Position numbers and translations under genes: made by a program | Shown here: positions 29,254-39,555 of the stretch, one piece after another | How positions within the stretch are numbered: the first letter of the stretch is position 1 | Layout of the letters: each line of letters opens with the position of its first letter | The notes under the pieces: generated by a model | The model's input: only the letters and a program-made list of their open reading frames with translations | What the model was told of the DNA's origin: nothing | Databases searched by the model: none | NCBI GenBank assembly: GCA_036635835.1 | Contig: JAVWPP010000001.1 | Coordinates: 68,890 to 132,889 of the forward strand | Source of the DNA: Clostridia bacterium | Lineage (GTDB): Bacteria > Bacillota > Clostridia > TANB77 > CAG-465 | DNA: 64,000 nucleotides | Direction: 5' to 3'

Positions 29254-30282
29254 ATGAAAATTGGAAAACAAACTTATGCGCTGAAAAACACCCCAACTTT
29301 ACTAGAATGCGCATGTATAGTTGGCCCAAAAGAGGGAAATGGCCCTTTAAAAGATTTTTTCGATTTGTCTGTAAAAGATGTTTCTTGGGAAGAATCTTCA
29401 TTTGAAAAAGCAGAAAGTAAATTTATTAATGAAACTTTTAAACTTTTACTTTCTAAAACAAATTTAAATATTAAAGACATAGACATAGTGCTAGGTGGAG
29501 ACCTATTAAATCAATGTATTGCTTCAAATTTTGCGCTAAGAAATGTAGATGTTCCTTTTCTTGGCCTCTATGGAGCTTGTTCTACGTTTGTAGAAGGTCT
29601 CTGTATAAATAGTATGCTTGTAAATGCAGGTTATGCAAAAAGAATAATTAATATAAGTTCGTCACATTACTGCACAGCTGAAAGGCAATTTAGGTTACCT
29701 TTAGAACAAGGTGCGCAAAAAACGCCAACTTCTCAGTGGACTGTAACTGGTAGTGGCGCTGCAATTGTCATACCTAAAAAGCATGCACCATACCTCACAC
29801 ACGTTACTTTAGGTAAAATAATAGATTACGGTATAAACGATATTGGAAACATGGGAGCTGCAATGGCACCAGCTGCTTTTGACACAATATCTACTCATCT
29901 TTATGACACAGGAAGAGATGCTAATTATTATGATGCTATAATAACTGGAGACTTAGGATATCTTGGAAGTGATATTTTAATAGAACTTTGTGAAAAAAAT
30001 GATATACATATTGGAGCTGTTCATAACGACTGTGGTAAATTAATTTTTTATCCAGATGATTCAGATGTGAAATCTGGGGCAAGTGGCTGTGGTTGCTGCT
30101 CAACTGTTTTTTCTGGATACTGGCTAGATATGCTAAAAAGAAAAAAAATAAATAAAGTATTACTAATAGCAACTGGAGCTCTTATGAGTCCTATTTCAAC
30201 TATGCAAGGAGAAACAATACCCTGTATTGCGCATGCTATAAGTATAGAAAATAATATAGGTGAAGATATATGGAAATATTAA
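29254..30282 (+). CDS. spoVAD: Stage V sporulation protein AD (thiolase-fold)
   Basis: 342 aa; N-terminal KEGNGPL and LLECACIVGP blocks; sits between spoVAC and spoVAEb. Confidence 0.8.
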   Translation: MKIGKQTYALKNTPTLLECACIVGPKEGNGPLKDFFDLSVKDVSWEESSFEKAESKFINETFKLLLSKTNLNIKDIDIVLGGDLLNQCIASNFALRNVDVPFLGLYGACSTFVEGLCINSMLVNAGYAKRIINISSSHYCTAERQFRLPLEQGAQKTPTSQWTVTGSGAAIVIPKKHAPYLTHVTLGKIIDYGINDIGNMGAAMAPAAFDTISTHLYDTGRDANYYDAIITGDLGYLGSDILIELCEKNDIHIGAVHNDCGKLIFYPDDSDVKSGASGCGCCSTVFSGYWLDMLKRKKINKVLLIATGALMSPISTMQGETIPCIAHAISIENNIGEDIWKY

Positions 30283-30644
30283 TGAGATTTATAAATTGTT
30301 TTTGGGTAGGCGGAGTTATTTGTATAATTGGCCAAATTTTAATTGATAAAACAAAGCTTACACCAGCTAGAATACTTGTGCTTTTTGTTACTTTAGGAGT
30401 TATACTAACTGCTATAGGTATTTATGAACCAATAGTTAAATATGCCGGAAGTGGCGCTACAGTGCCTCTTACAGGCTTTGGATATTCTCTTGCTAAAGGT
30501 TCTATTAAAGCAGTAGATGAAATAGGAATTTTAGGCGCGTTTACAGGTGGAATTACAAATACAGCAGGAGGTATAACTGCAGCAATTGTATTTGGATACA
30601 TAGCTTCTTTAATTTCCAAACCAGATATTCCTTCTAAAAAGTAA
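30270..30644 (+). CDS. spoVAEb: Stage V sporulation protein AEb
   Basis: Small polytopic membrane protein overlapping the spoVAD stop; GGxxTAxIVFGY-type C-terminus. Confidence 0.7.
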   Translation: MEILMRFINCFWVGGVICIIGQILIDKTKLTPARILVLFVTLGVILTAIGIYEPIVKYAGSGATVPLTGFGYSLAKGSIKAVDEIGILGAFTGGITNTAGGITAAIVFGYIASLISKPDIPSKK

Positions 30645-30716
30645 ATTTTAAATATATATAAAGAATAAAAACAAAAAATATGCTAATACTATTATAGTAA
30701 ATTAGGAGGTATTTTT

Positions 30717-30896
30717 ATGGAATTTACTCAAGAAGAACTACAAAATGTTCGTCATTTAATTGGTGCAAGTTGCACCCTAAGTAAAAAGGTTAACTACTAC
30801 TCAACATGCATTAATGACCAAAATGCTACTGAATTATTATCTAAAATCGAAAAAGCTGCAAAAGATAACGAAACTTATCTTTGCGGCAAATTATAG
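30717..30896 (+). CDS. Small spore-coat-associated protein (YraE/YraG-like partner of a CotF-like protein)
   Basis: My own ORF call, not in the supplied track: MEFTQEELQNVRHLIGASCTLSKK...YLCGKL. RBS AGGAGG at 30704. Sits immediately upstream of the CotF-like ORF. Confidence 0.45.
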   Translation: MEFTQEELQNVRHLIGASCTLSKKVNYYSTCINDQNATELLSKIEKAAKDNETYLCGKL

Positions 30897-30905
30897 GAGG
30901 ATATT

Positions 30906-31154
30906 ATGGAAGAAAAAATTATGGTTGGAGACACTTTGTCTTCTATTAACACATATTTCAACCTTTTAAATTATTCTATTATTCAATGTGATGATAAAAA
31001 TTTAAGAGATTATTTAGTGGGTGTTAGAAATCAATTCGAAGCTTTGCAGTGGCAAGTATACGAATTTGCAAAAGAAAAACAATATTATATTCCTGCTGCT
31101 CCTGCCGGAGAAGCAGATATAGATATAGTTAGACAAGAATGCCAAGCTGAATAA
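30906..31154 (+). CDS. Coat F (CotF/YraD)-domain spore coat protein
   Basis: 82 aa; ALQWQVYEFAKEKQYYIPAAP motif typical of the Coat_F domain. Confidence 0.5.
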   Translation: MEEKIMVGDTLSSINTYFNLLNYSIIQCDDKNLRDYLVGVRNQFEALQWQVYEFAKEKQYYIPAAPAGEADIDIVRQECQAE

Positions 31155-31196
31155 ATTAAAAGTACGATGAAAATTTCTCATCGTACTTTTTTTATT

Positions 31197-32906
31197 TTAT
31201 TTATTTTTCTTAATTTCTATAAATCTTTTTATTTTCATTGTTGTAGTCTTTTCAAATTCGCCATCTTTTATTTTTATGTTTTTCATAGCTTTATATGGTA
31301 CTAAAGTTCTATTGATATCCTTAATGTCTTTCCATATTTTTTCTTCTAAGTTTTCATTTGAAGGTCTATCTTTACCATATTTCTCTTTAATATATTCTTC
31401 ATCTAAGCTAACAATAACCGCAACTTCTGGATCTGTAGCATCTTGCTCATTTTCCTTAGAATATACAAGTGACTCTTTTACTTCTGGAATTTCATTAACT
31501 AAAAATTCTAATTCTTCTGGGAATATTTTTTTACCGTTTTTTGTTACAATTAGATTTTTAGCTCTTCCACAAACAACTAAATTATTTTCTTTATCTAAAT
31601 ATGCTAAATCTCCAGTGTGGAACCAGCCATCTATTACGCATTCTGCTGTAAGTTCTGGTGCTTCATAATATCCAAGCATTAAATTAGTGCCTTTTGTTAT
31701 TATTTCGCCTATACCATCATCATTTACATTATCTAATTTTACTTTCATGCCTTTTGATGCTATTCCAACTGTACCAGCTTTTCTATTTGAAAGCGGTGTT
31801 CCGCATATTAGTGGAGCAGTTTCTGTAAGTCCAAAACCTTGTAAAACAGCGATTCCTAAGCCTTCATAAGCTTTAATTAAATTAGCATCTATAGGAGCTG
31901 AACCAGTTAGAACATACTTTAATCTACCACCAAGTTTTTGATGTATTTGTTTAAACATTATACGTTTTATCTTAATACCAACTTTATCTAGTCCATTAGT
32001 TATTTTAACCATTTTAGTAACTAGTTCTTTTTTACCTTGAGCAATTAAAGTTTTGTCTATTTTTTTATATAATTTGTCTAAAAGAAGCGGTACAGCTACT
32101 AGCATAGTAGGCTTGTAATCTTCCATATTAGTAGAAATATACTTAAGACCTTGGCATACTCCTACACTTGCTCCATTATATAGGGCAAACATATACGTAC
32201 CAGTTAATTCATATGTGTGATGTATTGGCAAAATAGAAATCAATTTATCTTCTTTTGTTAGAGGTAAATAGTCTCTTGCTCCATCTAAATTACCTATTAC
32301 ATTGCCGTGACAAAGCATAACACCCTTAGCTGCTGCAGTTGTACCAGATGTAAATAGTAATATTTTGAACTCTCTTGGATCTATTTTTATACTTTCATAA
32401 ACTTGATTTCCAGCAGCTCTTAATTCTCTACCTTCTTTAATTATTTTATCTAGTGTAAGATCATTTGGAGTTTCTGCTTCCTCACTATACATTTCTATAA
32501 AATGCTTAATTGTTGGAACCTTATCCCTAATTTCTGCTATGCATTCTGCTTTTTTAGGAGCATATATTATAGCTTCTGCCTTAGATCTTACAATTAAATT
32601 TTGAATCTCATTAGCAGGCAGCTCTTTATCTAGCGGAACTACTATACCAACTGCTGTTGTAACAGCTAAATATGATACTATCCACTGATAACTATTCTCA
32701 CCTATTACAGCCACTTTTTTACCTTGTAAATGATATTTTTCTATTAAAGCAGTTGCTAAATCTTGAATATTCTCTTTTAAATCTGAATATAAATAATCTT
32801 TATATCCTTTTTCTGTTATTCTTCTTTCTGTTATAGCGACTCTTTCCATGTAATTTTCCCATCCGAAGTCTACCATATCTTTAAATGACTTAATATTATT
32901 ACTCAT
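31197..32906 (-). CDS. AMP-dependent synthetase/ligase (long-chain acyl-CoA synthetase, FadD-like), paralog 1
   Basis: TSGTTAAAKGV AMP-binding motif; YGLTE; GWFHTGD. Confidence 0.85.
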   Translation of the reverse strand: MSNNIKSFKDMVDFGWENYMERVAITERRITEKGYKDYLYSDLKENIQDLATALIEKYHLQGKKVAVIGENSYQWIVSYLAVTTAVGIVVPLDKELPANEIQNLIVRSKAEAIIYAPKKAECIAEIRDKVPTIKHFIEMYSEEAETPNDLTLDKIIKEGRELRAAGNQVYESIKIDPREFKILLFTSGTTAAAKGVMLCHGNVIGNLDGARDYLPLTKEDKLISILPIHHTYELTGTYMFALYNGASVGVCQGLKYISTNMEDYKPTMLVAVPLLLDKLYKKIDKTLIAQGKKELVTKMVKITNGLDKVGIKIKRIMFKQIHQKLGGRLKYVLTGSAPIDANLIKAYEGLGIAVLQGFGLTETAPLICGTPLSNRKAGTVGIASKGMKVKLDNVNDDGIGEIITKGTNLMLGYYEAPELTAECVIDGWFHTGDLAYLDKENNLVVCGRAKNLIVTKNGKKIFPEELEFLVNEIPEVKESLVYSKENEQDATDPEVAVIVSLDEEYIKEKYGKDRPSNENLEEKIWKDIKDINRTLVPYKAMKNIKIKDGEFEKTTTMKIKRFIEIKKNK

Positions 32907-33062
32907 TATTTCCTCCTATAATTATTACCTAGTGCTAATATACACTATTTTTTAAATTTTGTCAATACATTTGCATTTTAAAAATATATTTTAGCAAGTT
33001 AAAGTAAAAATATAAGTGCAAGAATTCAATAATTTAGAATACTTGCACTTATGCTTTTTATA

Positions 33063-35006
33063 TTACTTGTTTTTGGGTTTATCTATTTCTTTATTTTTAG
33101 CTTGTTTTTTTATTTCTTTTACTTTTGTTGCTTTTACATCTTTTACTTTTGTTTTTTTCTTCTCTTCATCCTTCTTAATTTCAGCAAATCTTTTTATTTT
33201 CATAGTAGTAGTCTTTTCAAATTCATCTGATTTAATTTCTAGATGCTTAATTGCTTTATATGATGTTAAAGTTCTATTTACTTCTTTGATTTCTTTCCAA
33301 ATTATATTATATATTTCTTCTTCGTTTAAATCTCCATGGTTTTCTTTAATGTACTCTAAATTAGGAATAACCTTAACTGAAATACTTAATTCCTGTTTAT
33401 CTTCATTCTTACCATACACCATACATTCTTTTACGTATGGTATTTTAGCTACAATCATTTCTAATTCTTCTGGATAAATATTTTTGCCGTTTTGCGTAAC
33501 TATTACATTTTTACATCTGCCAGTAATGAATAAATATCCTTCATCGTCTAAGTATCCAATATCTCCAGAATGGAACCATCCATCTATTACGCATGCATCG
33601 GTTTCTTCTTTGTTTTCATAGTATCCAAGCATTAAAGTGGTACTTTTAATTAATATTTCACCTTCGCCATTTTCATTTGGATCTTTTATTTTTAATTCTG
33701 CGCATGGTACAGCTTTACCAGTAGAACCTACCTTAGGCTTGTAGTCTGGTGTAAATGCTGCAATAGGGGCAGTTTCTGTTAATCCATATCCTTGTAAAAA
33801 CATGATTCCTATGTCCTCTAGCCATTTACCTATTTTAGGATCTATTGGAGCTGCTGCTGAAACTATTAATCTAATATTTCCACCTAAATTATCATAAATT
33901 TCACTAAAGACTTTCTTTTTTAAATCTATATTTACAGTTTTTAATGCATTAGTAACATGTATCATTGAATTAACTAAGTTTTCTTTTTTACTTTTTTGTA
34001 TATTTGCAATTATTTTTTTATATAAATTCTCTACAAGTACTGGTACTGCTAAAAGTGCTGTAGGTTTTGTTTCTTTTAAATTTGTAACAATGTATTTTAA
34101 GCCTTCGCATATTGCAACAGATGCACCACCATACATTGGCATAAGGAAGCCAATTGTTGATTCATATGTATGATGAAGTGGTAATACAGAGAAAAATCTA
34201 TCCTTATCGTCCATATATGCATATGATAATGCACCAAAAATGTTATCTGTTAGGTTTCTGTTACATATCATAACACCTTTTGACTGAGCTGTTGTTCCAG
34301 ATGTAAAAATTAAAACTTTAAACTCATCTGGGTCTATTTTTATTTTTCTAAAATCTTCATTGCCTGTTTTAACAAGTTGTTTACCTACGTTTATTACATA
34401 CTCAAGTCCTACGTCTTTGCCTTCTATTTCACTGTCTGAATTCATTTCTATAAAATAATCTACATCTGGTAAATTGTCTTTTACTTTATTTATTATATCT
34501 TTTTTTCTTTTAGAATAAATAACCGCAGATGCTTTTGCTCTTTTTACTACATTTTCTATTTCATTTGCAGGTAAATCCTTGTCTACAGGTACTGCAATTC
34601 CAGTTCCACAAAGCATTGCCATGTATGAAGTATACCAGTGATATGTGTTTTCTCCTATGATAACAACTCGTTTATCTTTTAAGCCAAGTAGCTCGTTAAG
34701 CGCTGTGCCAAGGCCAATTACGTCTTCTTCAAATGCTTTATATGTTATTTCTGTATATGGCTGTTTATGATCGAATTTCTCAAGAATTACTGTATTTGAA
34801 GCGTATTTTTTGGCTGAATCGTAGAACATATCTCTTATTGTTTTATATCTAGTTCTTTCGTAGATTTTGCCTTCTTTTTTTTCTTTGTTTTTAGCTTGAG
34901 CTGCTAAATCTAAATTAACTTTAATTTCATCTATGTTTAATAAGCCAGGCATTTTAAATTTTGGAAACTTAAAATCTGGGATCTTTATATCTTTTAATAT
35001 TCTCAT
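33063..35006 (-). CDS. AMP-dependent synthetase/ligase, paralog 2, with N-terminal extension and lysine-rich C-terminal tail
   Basis: TSGTTAQSKGV, YGLTE, GWFHSGD motifs; K-rich tail. Confidence 0.85.
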   Translation of the reverse strand: MRILKDIKIPDFKFPKFKMPGLLNIDEIKVNLDLAAQAKNKEKKEGKIYERTRYKTIRDMFYDSAKKYASNTVILEKFDHKQPYTEITYKAFEEDVIGLGTALNELLGLKDKRVVIIGENTYHWYTSYMAMLCGTGIAVPVDKDLPANEIENVVKRAKASAVIYSKRKKDIINKVKDNLPDVDYFIEMNSDSEIEGKDVGLEYVINVGKQLVKTGNEDFRKIKIDPDEFKVLIFTSGTTAQSKGVMICNRNLTDNIFGALSYAYMDDKDRFFSVLPLHHTYESTIGFLMPMYGGASVAICEGLKYIVTNLKETKPTALLAVPVLVENLYKKIIANIQKSKKENLVNSMIHVTNALKTVNIDLKKKVFSEIYDNLGGNIRLIVSAAAPIDPKIGKWLEDIGIMFLQGYGLTETAPIAAFTPDYKPKVGSTGKAVPCAELKIKDPNENGEGEILIKSTTLMLGYYENKEETDACVIDGWFHSGDIGYLDDEGYLFITGRCKNVIVTQNGKNIYPEELEMIVAKIPYVKECMVYGKNEDKQELSISVKVIPNLEYIKENHGDLNEEEIYNIIWKEIKEVNRTLTSYKAIKHLEIKSDEFEKTTTMKIKRFAEIKKDEEKKKTKVKDVKATKVKEIKKQAKNKEIDKPKNK

Positions 35007-35016
35007 AAAATCACTC

Positions 35017-36723
35017 CTACTTTTTCACTTCAGCAAATCTTTTTATTTTCATTGTTGTTGTTGTTTCAAATTCGCCTTCTTTTATTTTTAAATTTTTCAT
35101 TGCTTTATATGGTACTAAAGTTCTATTAATGTCTTTGATATCTTTCCATATTTTTTCTTCTAAAACCTCATTTGAAGGTCTTGTTTTGCCGTATTTTTCT
35201 TTTATATATTCTTCATCAAGTGTAACTATAACGCCAACCGCTGGGTCTAGTGGGTCTTCTTCGTTTTCTTTTTCATAAACTAGTGACTGCTCTACTTCTG
35301 GTATGTTATTTACAAGGCCTTCTAATTCTTCTGGGAAAATCTTTTTACCGTTTTTTGTTACAATAACATTTTTTGCTCTTCCACATAAATAGAAATTACC
35401 TTTTTTATCTTGATAAGCTAAGTCTCCTGTGTGAAACCACCCATCTATTATTACTTCGTTTGTTTTTTCTTCATTTTCATAATATCCAAGCATAACATTT
35501 GGACCTTTAGTAATTATTTCTCCAACGCCTTCTTCATTTACATCGAAAAGTTTTGCTTTAGAACATTCTATTGCTTTTCCAATAGTACCAGGTTTTCTAT
35601 TTTTATATGTTGTAGCACAAACAAGCGGAGCAGTTTCAGTAAGTCCAAAACCTTGTAAAACCTTGAAACCAAAGGCTTCAAATCCTTTTATAACTTCTGG
35701 ATCCATTGGCGCAGAACCAGTTAAAACATATTTTAAATTTCCGCCTAAATTATCATGAATCTCTTTAAATATAGCTTTTTTACAGTCTATACCTACTTTT
35801 TGTAATGAATCTGTGATTTTTATAGCCTTAAAAACCATTTTTGTTTTCCCTTTTTCGTCTACAGTTTTCAATATTTTTTTATAAATTTTATCTATAAGTA
35901 ATGGTACAGATACAATTATACTTGGACTAACTTCTTGTATGTTTTTAGATATATACTTTAGTCCTTGACACACTGCAACGCTAGCTCCAGAATAGATTGC
36001 ATACATATATGTAACTGTTGATTCGTACGTATGATGAATTGGTAGCACTGAAAAAAATCTATCTTTTGAAGTTATTGGCATAAGTACAGGCGCAGATTCC
36101 ACATTAGATAATATATTTTTATGCGAAATTTTTACACCTTTTGCATCTGAAGTTGTTCCTGAAGTAAACAGTAAAACTCTGAAATCTTCTGCTTTTACAT
36201 CTGCTTTTTCATATGAGTCATCTCCTGAAACTCTTAGCTCACGGCCTTCTTTTATAACTGACTCATACGTTTTATCTATTATATCCATATTTGCTTCATC
36301 GCTATACATTTCTATAAAATGTTTAACTGTAGGAACTTTATCCTTTAAGTTATTTATATATTCTTCTTTTCTGCTTGAATAAATGATAGCTTCTGCTTTA
36401 GATCTAACTAGTAAATTTACTATTTCGTTTTCTGGAAGCTCTTTATCTAAAGGAACTACTATTCCTGTTGCAGATGTTACTGCCATGTATGAAACAAACC
36501 ATTTATAGCTGTTTTCACCTATTATAGCTACTTTTTTATTATATAATTTGTACTTAGTTATAAGCGCTGTAGCTAAATCTATAGTATCTTCTTTTAAATC
36601 TGCATAAGTATAATTTATAAACTCTTTTTTAGAATCTCTTTTCTCCATAATAGCTACATTTTTAGCGTATTTTTCTCCGTTAATTAACACCACATCTCTA
36701 AGTGTTTTTATTTGATTTTTCAC
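35017..36723 (-). CDS. AMP-dependent synthetase/ligase, paralog 3
   Basis: TSGTTSDAKGV, FGLTE, GWFHTGD motifs. Confidence 0.85.
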   Translation of the reverse strand: MKNQIKTLRDVVLINGEKYAKNVAIMEKRDSKKEFINYTYADLKEDTIDLATALITKYKLYNKKVAIIGENSYKWFVSYMAVTSATGIVVPLDKELPENEIVNLLVRSKAEAIIYSSRKEEYINNLKDKVPTVKHFIEMYSDEANMDIIDKTYESVIKEGRELRVSGDDSYEKADVKAEDFRVLLFTSGTTSDAKGVKISHKNILSNVESAPVLMPITSKDRFFSVLPIHHTYESTVTYMYAIYSGASVAVCQGLKYISKNIQEVSPSIIVSVPLLIDKIYKKILKTVDEKGKTKMVFKAIKITDSLQKVGIDCKKAIFKEIHDNLGGNLKYVLTGSAPMDPEVIKGFEAFGFKVLQGFGLTETAPLVCATTYKNRKPGTIGKAIECSKAKLFDVNEEGVGEIITKGPNVMLGYYENEEKTNEVIIDGWFHTGDLAYQDKKGNFYLCGRAKNVIVTKNGKKIFPEELEGLVNNIPEVEQSLVYEKENEEDPLDPAVGVIVTLDEEYIKEKYGKTRPSNEVLEEKIWKDIKDINRTLVPYKAMKNLKIKEGEFETTTTMKIKRFAEVKK

Positions 36724-36786
36724 AAAATCCCCCCATTATCTTTTATTATAATTATATTGCTACATTTATATTTTGTCAACATTTTT

Positions 36787-37521
36787 TTATTTTCCAGCTA
36801 TATTAAACAATATATCTGTTATGAAATATGACAAACTAGAACACATATCTATGTATAAATCTATAAAATATTGTGGCTCTATAAACATTAGAAGAACGGC
36901 TGCTATTACTATAAATGGCCCAAAAGGTATGTAGCTATCAAAACCTTTTTTCTTTACTACTAGGCAAATACATGAAATTATTGCTCCTATAAAAAAAGCT
37001 AAAAATGTAAGTACAAACGTAGTTTTAATTCCAAATAAAAGTCCTAACACTGCCATTAATTTTACATCACCAAATCCCATGCCTTCTTTTTTAAAAATCA
37101 TAACAGCAAGTTTTCCTAACAAATAGAAAATTCCGCCTCCAAGAAGTGCTCCTAATAATGCATCAACAATACTGCTACCTGTAAGTAGTATTTTTATTAA
37201 AGCAATGTACCCGATAAATAAAGAACATTCATCAGGTATAAGCTCAAATCTGTAATCTACAGAAAATACTATTGCAAGTGAAAATATTACTAATGAATAT
37301 ATCACAGACATAAGAAGATTTTGTGTTGAAAATAAGATAAAATTATGAATTATTAAGAAAATTAATGAATATTTTAAATCCACTTTGAAATCTTTTTTTA
37401 TACCGCTTAAAAATTGTGGATATGTTATCTCCTCAGCAACAACAGGAGGAAATTTTAAGCATAGCTGTTTGCATATTTGTCCAAGTATAACAGCAAGTAT
37501 ACTCATTATTACATATTCCAT
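36787..37521 (-). CDS. A24-family prepilin peptidase (short form without the N-terminal zinc-finger domain)
   Basis: First catalytic Asp in VDYRFELIPDE, second in MGFGDVKLMAVLG. C-terminal IPFGPFI motif. No adjacent type IV pilin gene. Confidence 0.75.
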   Translation of the reverse strand: MEYVIMSILAVILGQICKQLCLKFPPVVAEEITYPQFLSGIKKDFKVDLKYSLIFLIIHNFILFSTQNLLMSVIYSLVIFSLAIVFSVDYRFELIPDECSLFIGYIALIKILLTGSSIVDALLGALLGGGIFYLLGKLAVMIFKKEGMGFGDVKLMAVLGLLFGIKTTFVLTFLAFFIGAIISCICLVVKKKGFDSYIPFGPFIVIAAVLLMFIEPQYFIDLYIDMCSSLSYFITDILFNIAGK

Positions 37522-37522
37522 A

Positions 37523-38023
37523 TTATTTTTTCCTCACATCTGTATATTTCATTTTGTATTTAATAATATTCTCTAATGGTCTTTTTAGTTTTATCCAAAA
37601 AGGTTCAAAAATATCAAAAGGGTCTACTAAAATAGATCTCATTTTATATCTGTTTCCACCAAGTACATCTGTAAATACTTGATCTCCAATAATTGCACAT
37701 TTTTCTTTTGGTAAATCTAAAATTCCAAGTGCCATAGTGAAGCCTTTTTTACTAGGTTTCATAGCGTTTAGCAAATATGGTACGCCTATTATTTTAGCAA
37801 CGCTAGAAACTTTATCTAAATTTCCAGAGTTACTTAATATGCATATCTTAACTCCGCTTTCTATGACTTCTCCAATCCACTTCATTTTTTCTTCTGAGAT
37901 TACCCTTTGAACATCTATTATAGTATTATCTAAATCTATAATTATTCCTTCTATGTTTTCTTTTTTAAAAAAATTAACATCTATATCTTCTATACCTTTA
38001 AAATAATATGACGGTTTAAACAT
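37523..38023 (-). CDS. HAD-superfamily IIIA phosphatase (YqeG-like)
   Basis: DLDNT motif I; ILSNS; GDQVFTD motif IV. Confidence 0.7.
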   Translation of the reverse strand: MFKPSYYFKGIEDIDVNFFKKENIEGIIIDLDNTIIDVQRVISEEKMKWIGEVIESGVKICILSNSGNLDKVSSVAKIIGVPYLLNAMKPSKKGFTMALGILDLPKEKCAIIGDQVFTDVLGGNRYKMRSILVDPFDIFEPFWIKLKRPLENIIKYKMKYTDVRKK

Positions 38024-38157
38024 TTTACACTTCCTTTACATATACTAATATATTACCATTGTTAGCTTGTATTTTCAACAATATTAAGCTATTTACTTTT
38101 AATTTAGTAGTATTTATGATATACTTAAATGAATTAATTATATGAGGAGGAATTTCA

Positions 38158-39381
38158 ATGACAATTTACGACATTTTAAAAGAAAGAGATTTAATTAAGC
38201 AAATAGCTTTCGAAGAAGAATTTAAAGAATTAGTAGAAAACAAAAAAATATCTTTATACCTTGGAATAGATCCAACTGCAGATAGCATACATATTGGACA
38301 CTTTATTCCACTAATGCTTATGTCATATTTTCAGGAATGTGGACACAGACCAATTATTTTAATCGGTGGCGGAACTGCTATGATTGGAGATCCAAGCGGT
38401 AAAACAGATATGAGAAAAATGCTTACAGCTGAAGATATTGCAAACAATGTTGAAAAAATTAAAAAACAAGTTTCGAAATTTATATCTTTTGAAGGAGAAA
38501 ATGCAGCTATAATTGTAAATAATGCTGACTGGCTTTTGAATTTAAATTATATGGAGTTTTTAAGAGATATAGGTGTGCATTTTAACGTTAATAGAATGCT
38601 TGCTGCAGAATGCTATAAACAACGTTTAGAAAATGGATTAACTTTTTTTGAACTTAATTATATGATAATGCAAAGTTTTGACTTTTTAACACTTTTAAAT
38701 AATTATAATTGTCAGCTTGAAATAGGCGGTGATGATCAATGGTCTAACATGTTAGGTGGAGTAGATTTAATTAGAAAAATCCATAAAAACGGAAGTTTTT
38801 GCTTAACTTGTCCTTTACTTCTTAATTCTGAAGGATTAAAAATGGGTAAAACAGTTAGTGGTGCTTTATGGTTAGATCCAGAAAAGACTTCTCCATATGA
38901 GTTCTATCAGTACTGGAGAAACATTGCAGATCCAGATGTATACAACGTTCTTAGAATGTTAACTAAGTTACCTATGGAGGAAGTTAATAGACTTTCTAAC
39001 TTAAAAGGTAATGATATAAACGAAGCTAAAAAAATTGCAGCTTATGCAATAACTAAATTAATACATGGTGAAGAAGAAGCTAATAAAGCAAAAGAAGCTG
39101 CTGAAAGTATATTTGAAAATGGAAATACTAACATAGCTGATATGCCAACAATAGAGATGCAAAAAAATGATGATGGATTAAATATTTTAGACATTCTTAT
39201 TGCTTCTTCTGTTGCTTCATCTAAAGGTCAAAGTAGAATTTTAATTAATCAAGGTGGAATTTCTATAGATGACAAAAAAATAGATTCAGATAAACATATT
39301 GTTTCTTTATCTGAATTTGAAAAAGGTTATGTAGTTCTTAAAAAAGGTAAAAAAATATTTATTAAAGTAACTATAAAATAA
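38158..39381 (+). CDS. tyrS: Tyrosyl-tRNA synthetase
   Basis: HIGH (SIHIGH) and KMSKS (KMGKT) motifs; C-terminal S4 domain; RBS GAGGAGG. Confidence 0.95.
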   Translation: MTIYDILKERDLIKQIAFEEEFKELVENKKISLYLGIDPTADSIHIGHFIPLMLMSYFQECGHRPIILIGGGTAMIGDPSGKTDMRKMLTAEDIANNVEKIKKQVSKFISFEGENAAIIVNNADWLLNLNYMEFLRDIGVHFNVNRMLAAECYKQRLENGLTFFELNYMIMQSFDFLTLLNNYNCQLEIGGDDQWSNMLGGVDLIRKIHKNGSFCLTCPLLLNSEGLKMGKTVSGALWLDPEKTSPYEFYQYWRNIADPDVYNVLRMLTKLPMEEVNRLSNLKGNDINEAKKIAAYAITKLIHGEEEANKAKEAAESIFENGNTNIADMPTIEMQKNDDGLNILDILIASSVASSKGQSRILINQGGISIDDKKIDSDKHIVSLSEFEKGYVVLKKGKKIFIKVTIK

Positions 39382-39383
39382 TT

Positions 39384-39409
39384 AAAAACCAGCATATGCT
39401 GGTTTTTTT
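39384..39409 (+). terminator. Rho-independent terminator of tyrS
   Basis: aaaaa-ccagcatatgctgg-ttttttt, a perfect 14-nt palindrome followed by a U-run. Confidence 0.8.
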
Positions 39410-39555
39410 ATTTGTTTTATTCTTATTTGTTTTATTCTTTATTTTTCTATTTTTATTTTCTATTAATTGTTTTGAAACATATAAATAACTTCATTCTCAT
39501 TAATATTATTACCGTATCTAGATAGTTTAGTTTTATATGTTTTTCTATCAAAAAA

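Noticed and set aside
36787-37521. Link between the prepilin peptidase and the T4SS-like pilin-like proteins
   Set aside because: The pilin-like proteins have classical type I signal peptides (AXA cleavage sites), not class III prepilin leaders. The peptidase is 26 kb away and in an unrelated context.
38024-38157. Possible T-box leader upstream of tyrS
   Set aside because: The intergenic region is only about 130 nt, with no recognisable T-box (AATTAGGGTGGTACCGCG-like) sequence or terminator/antiterminator pair, and is too short for a T-box riboswitch.
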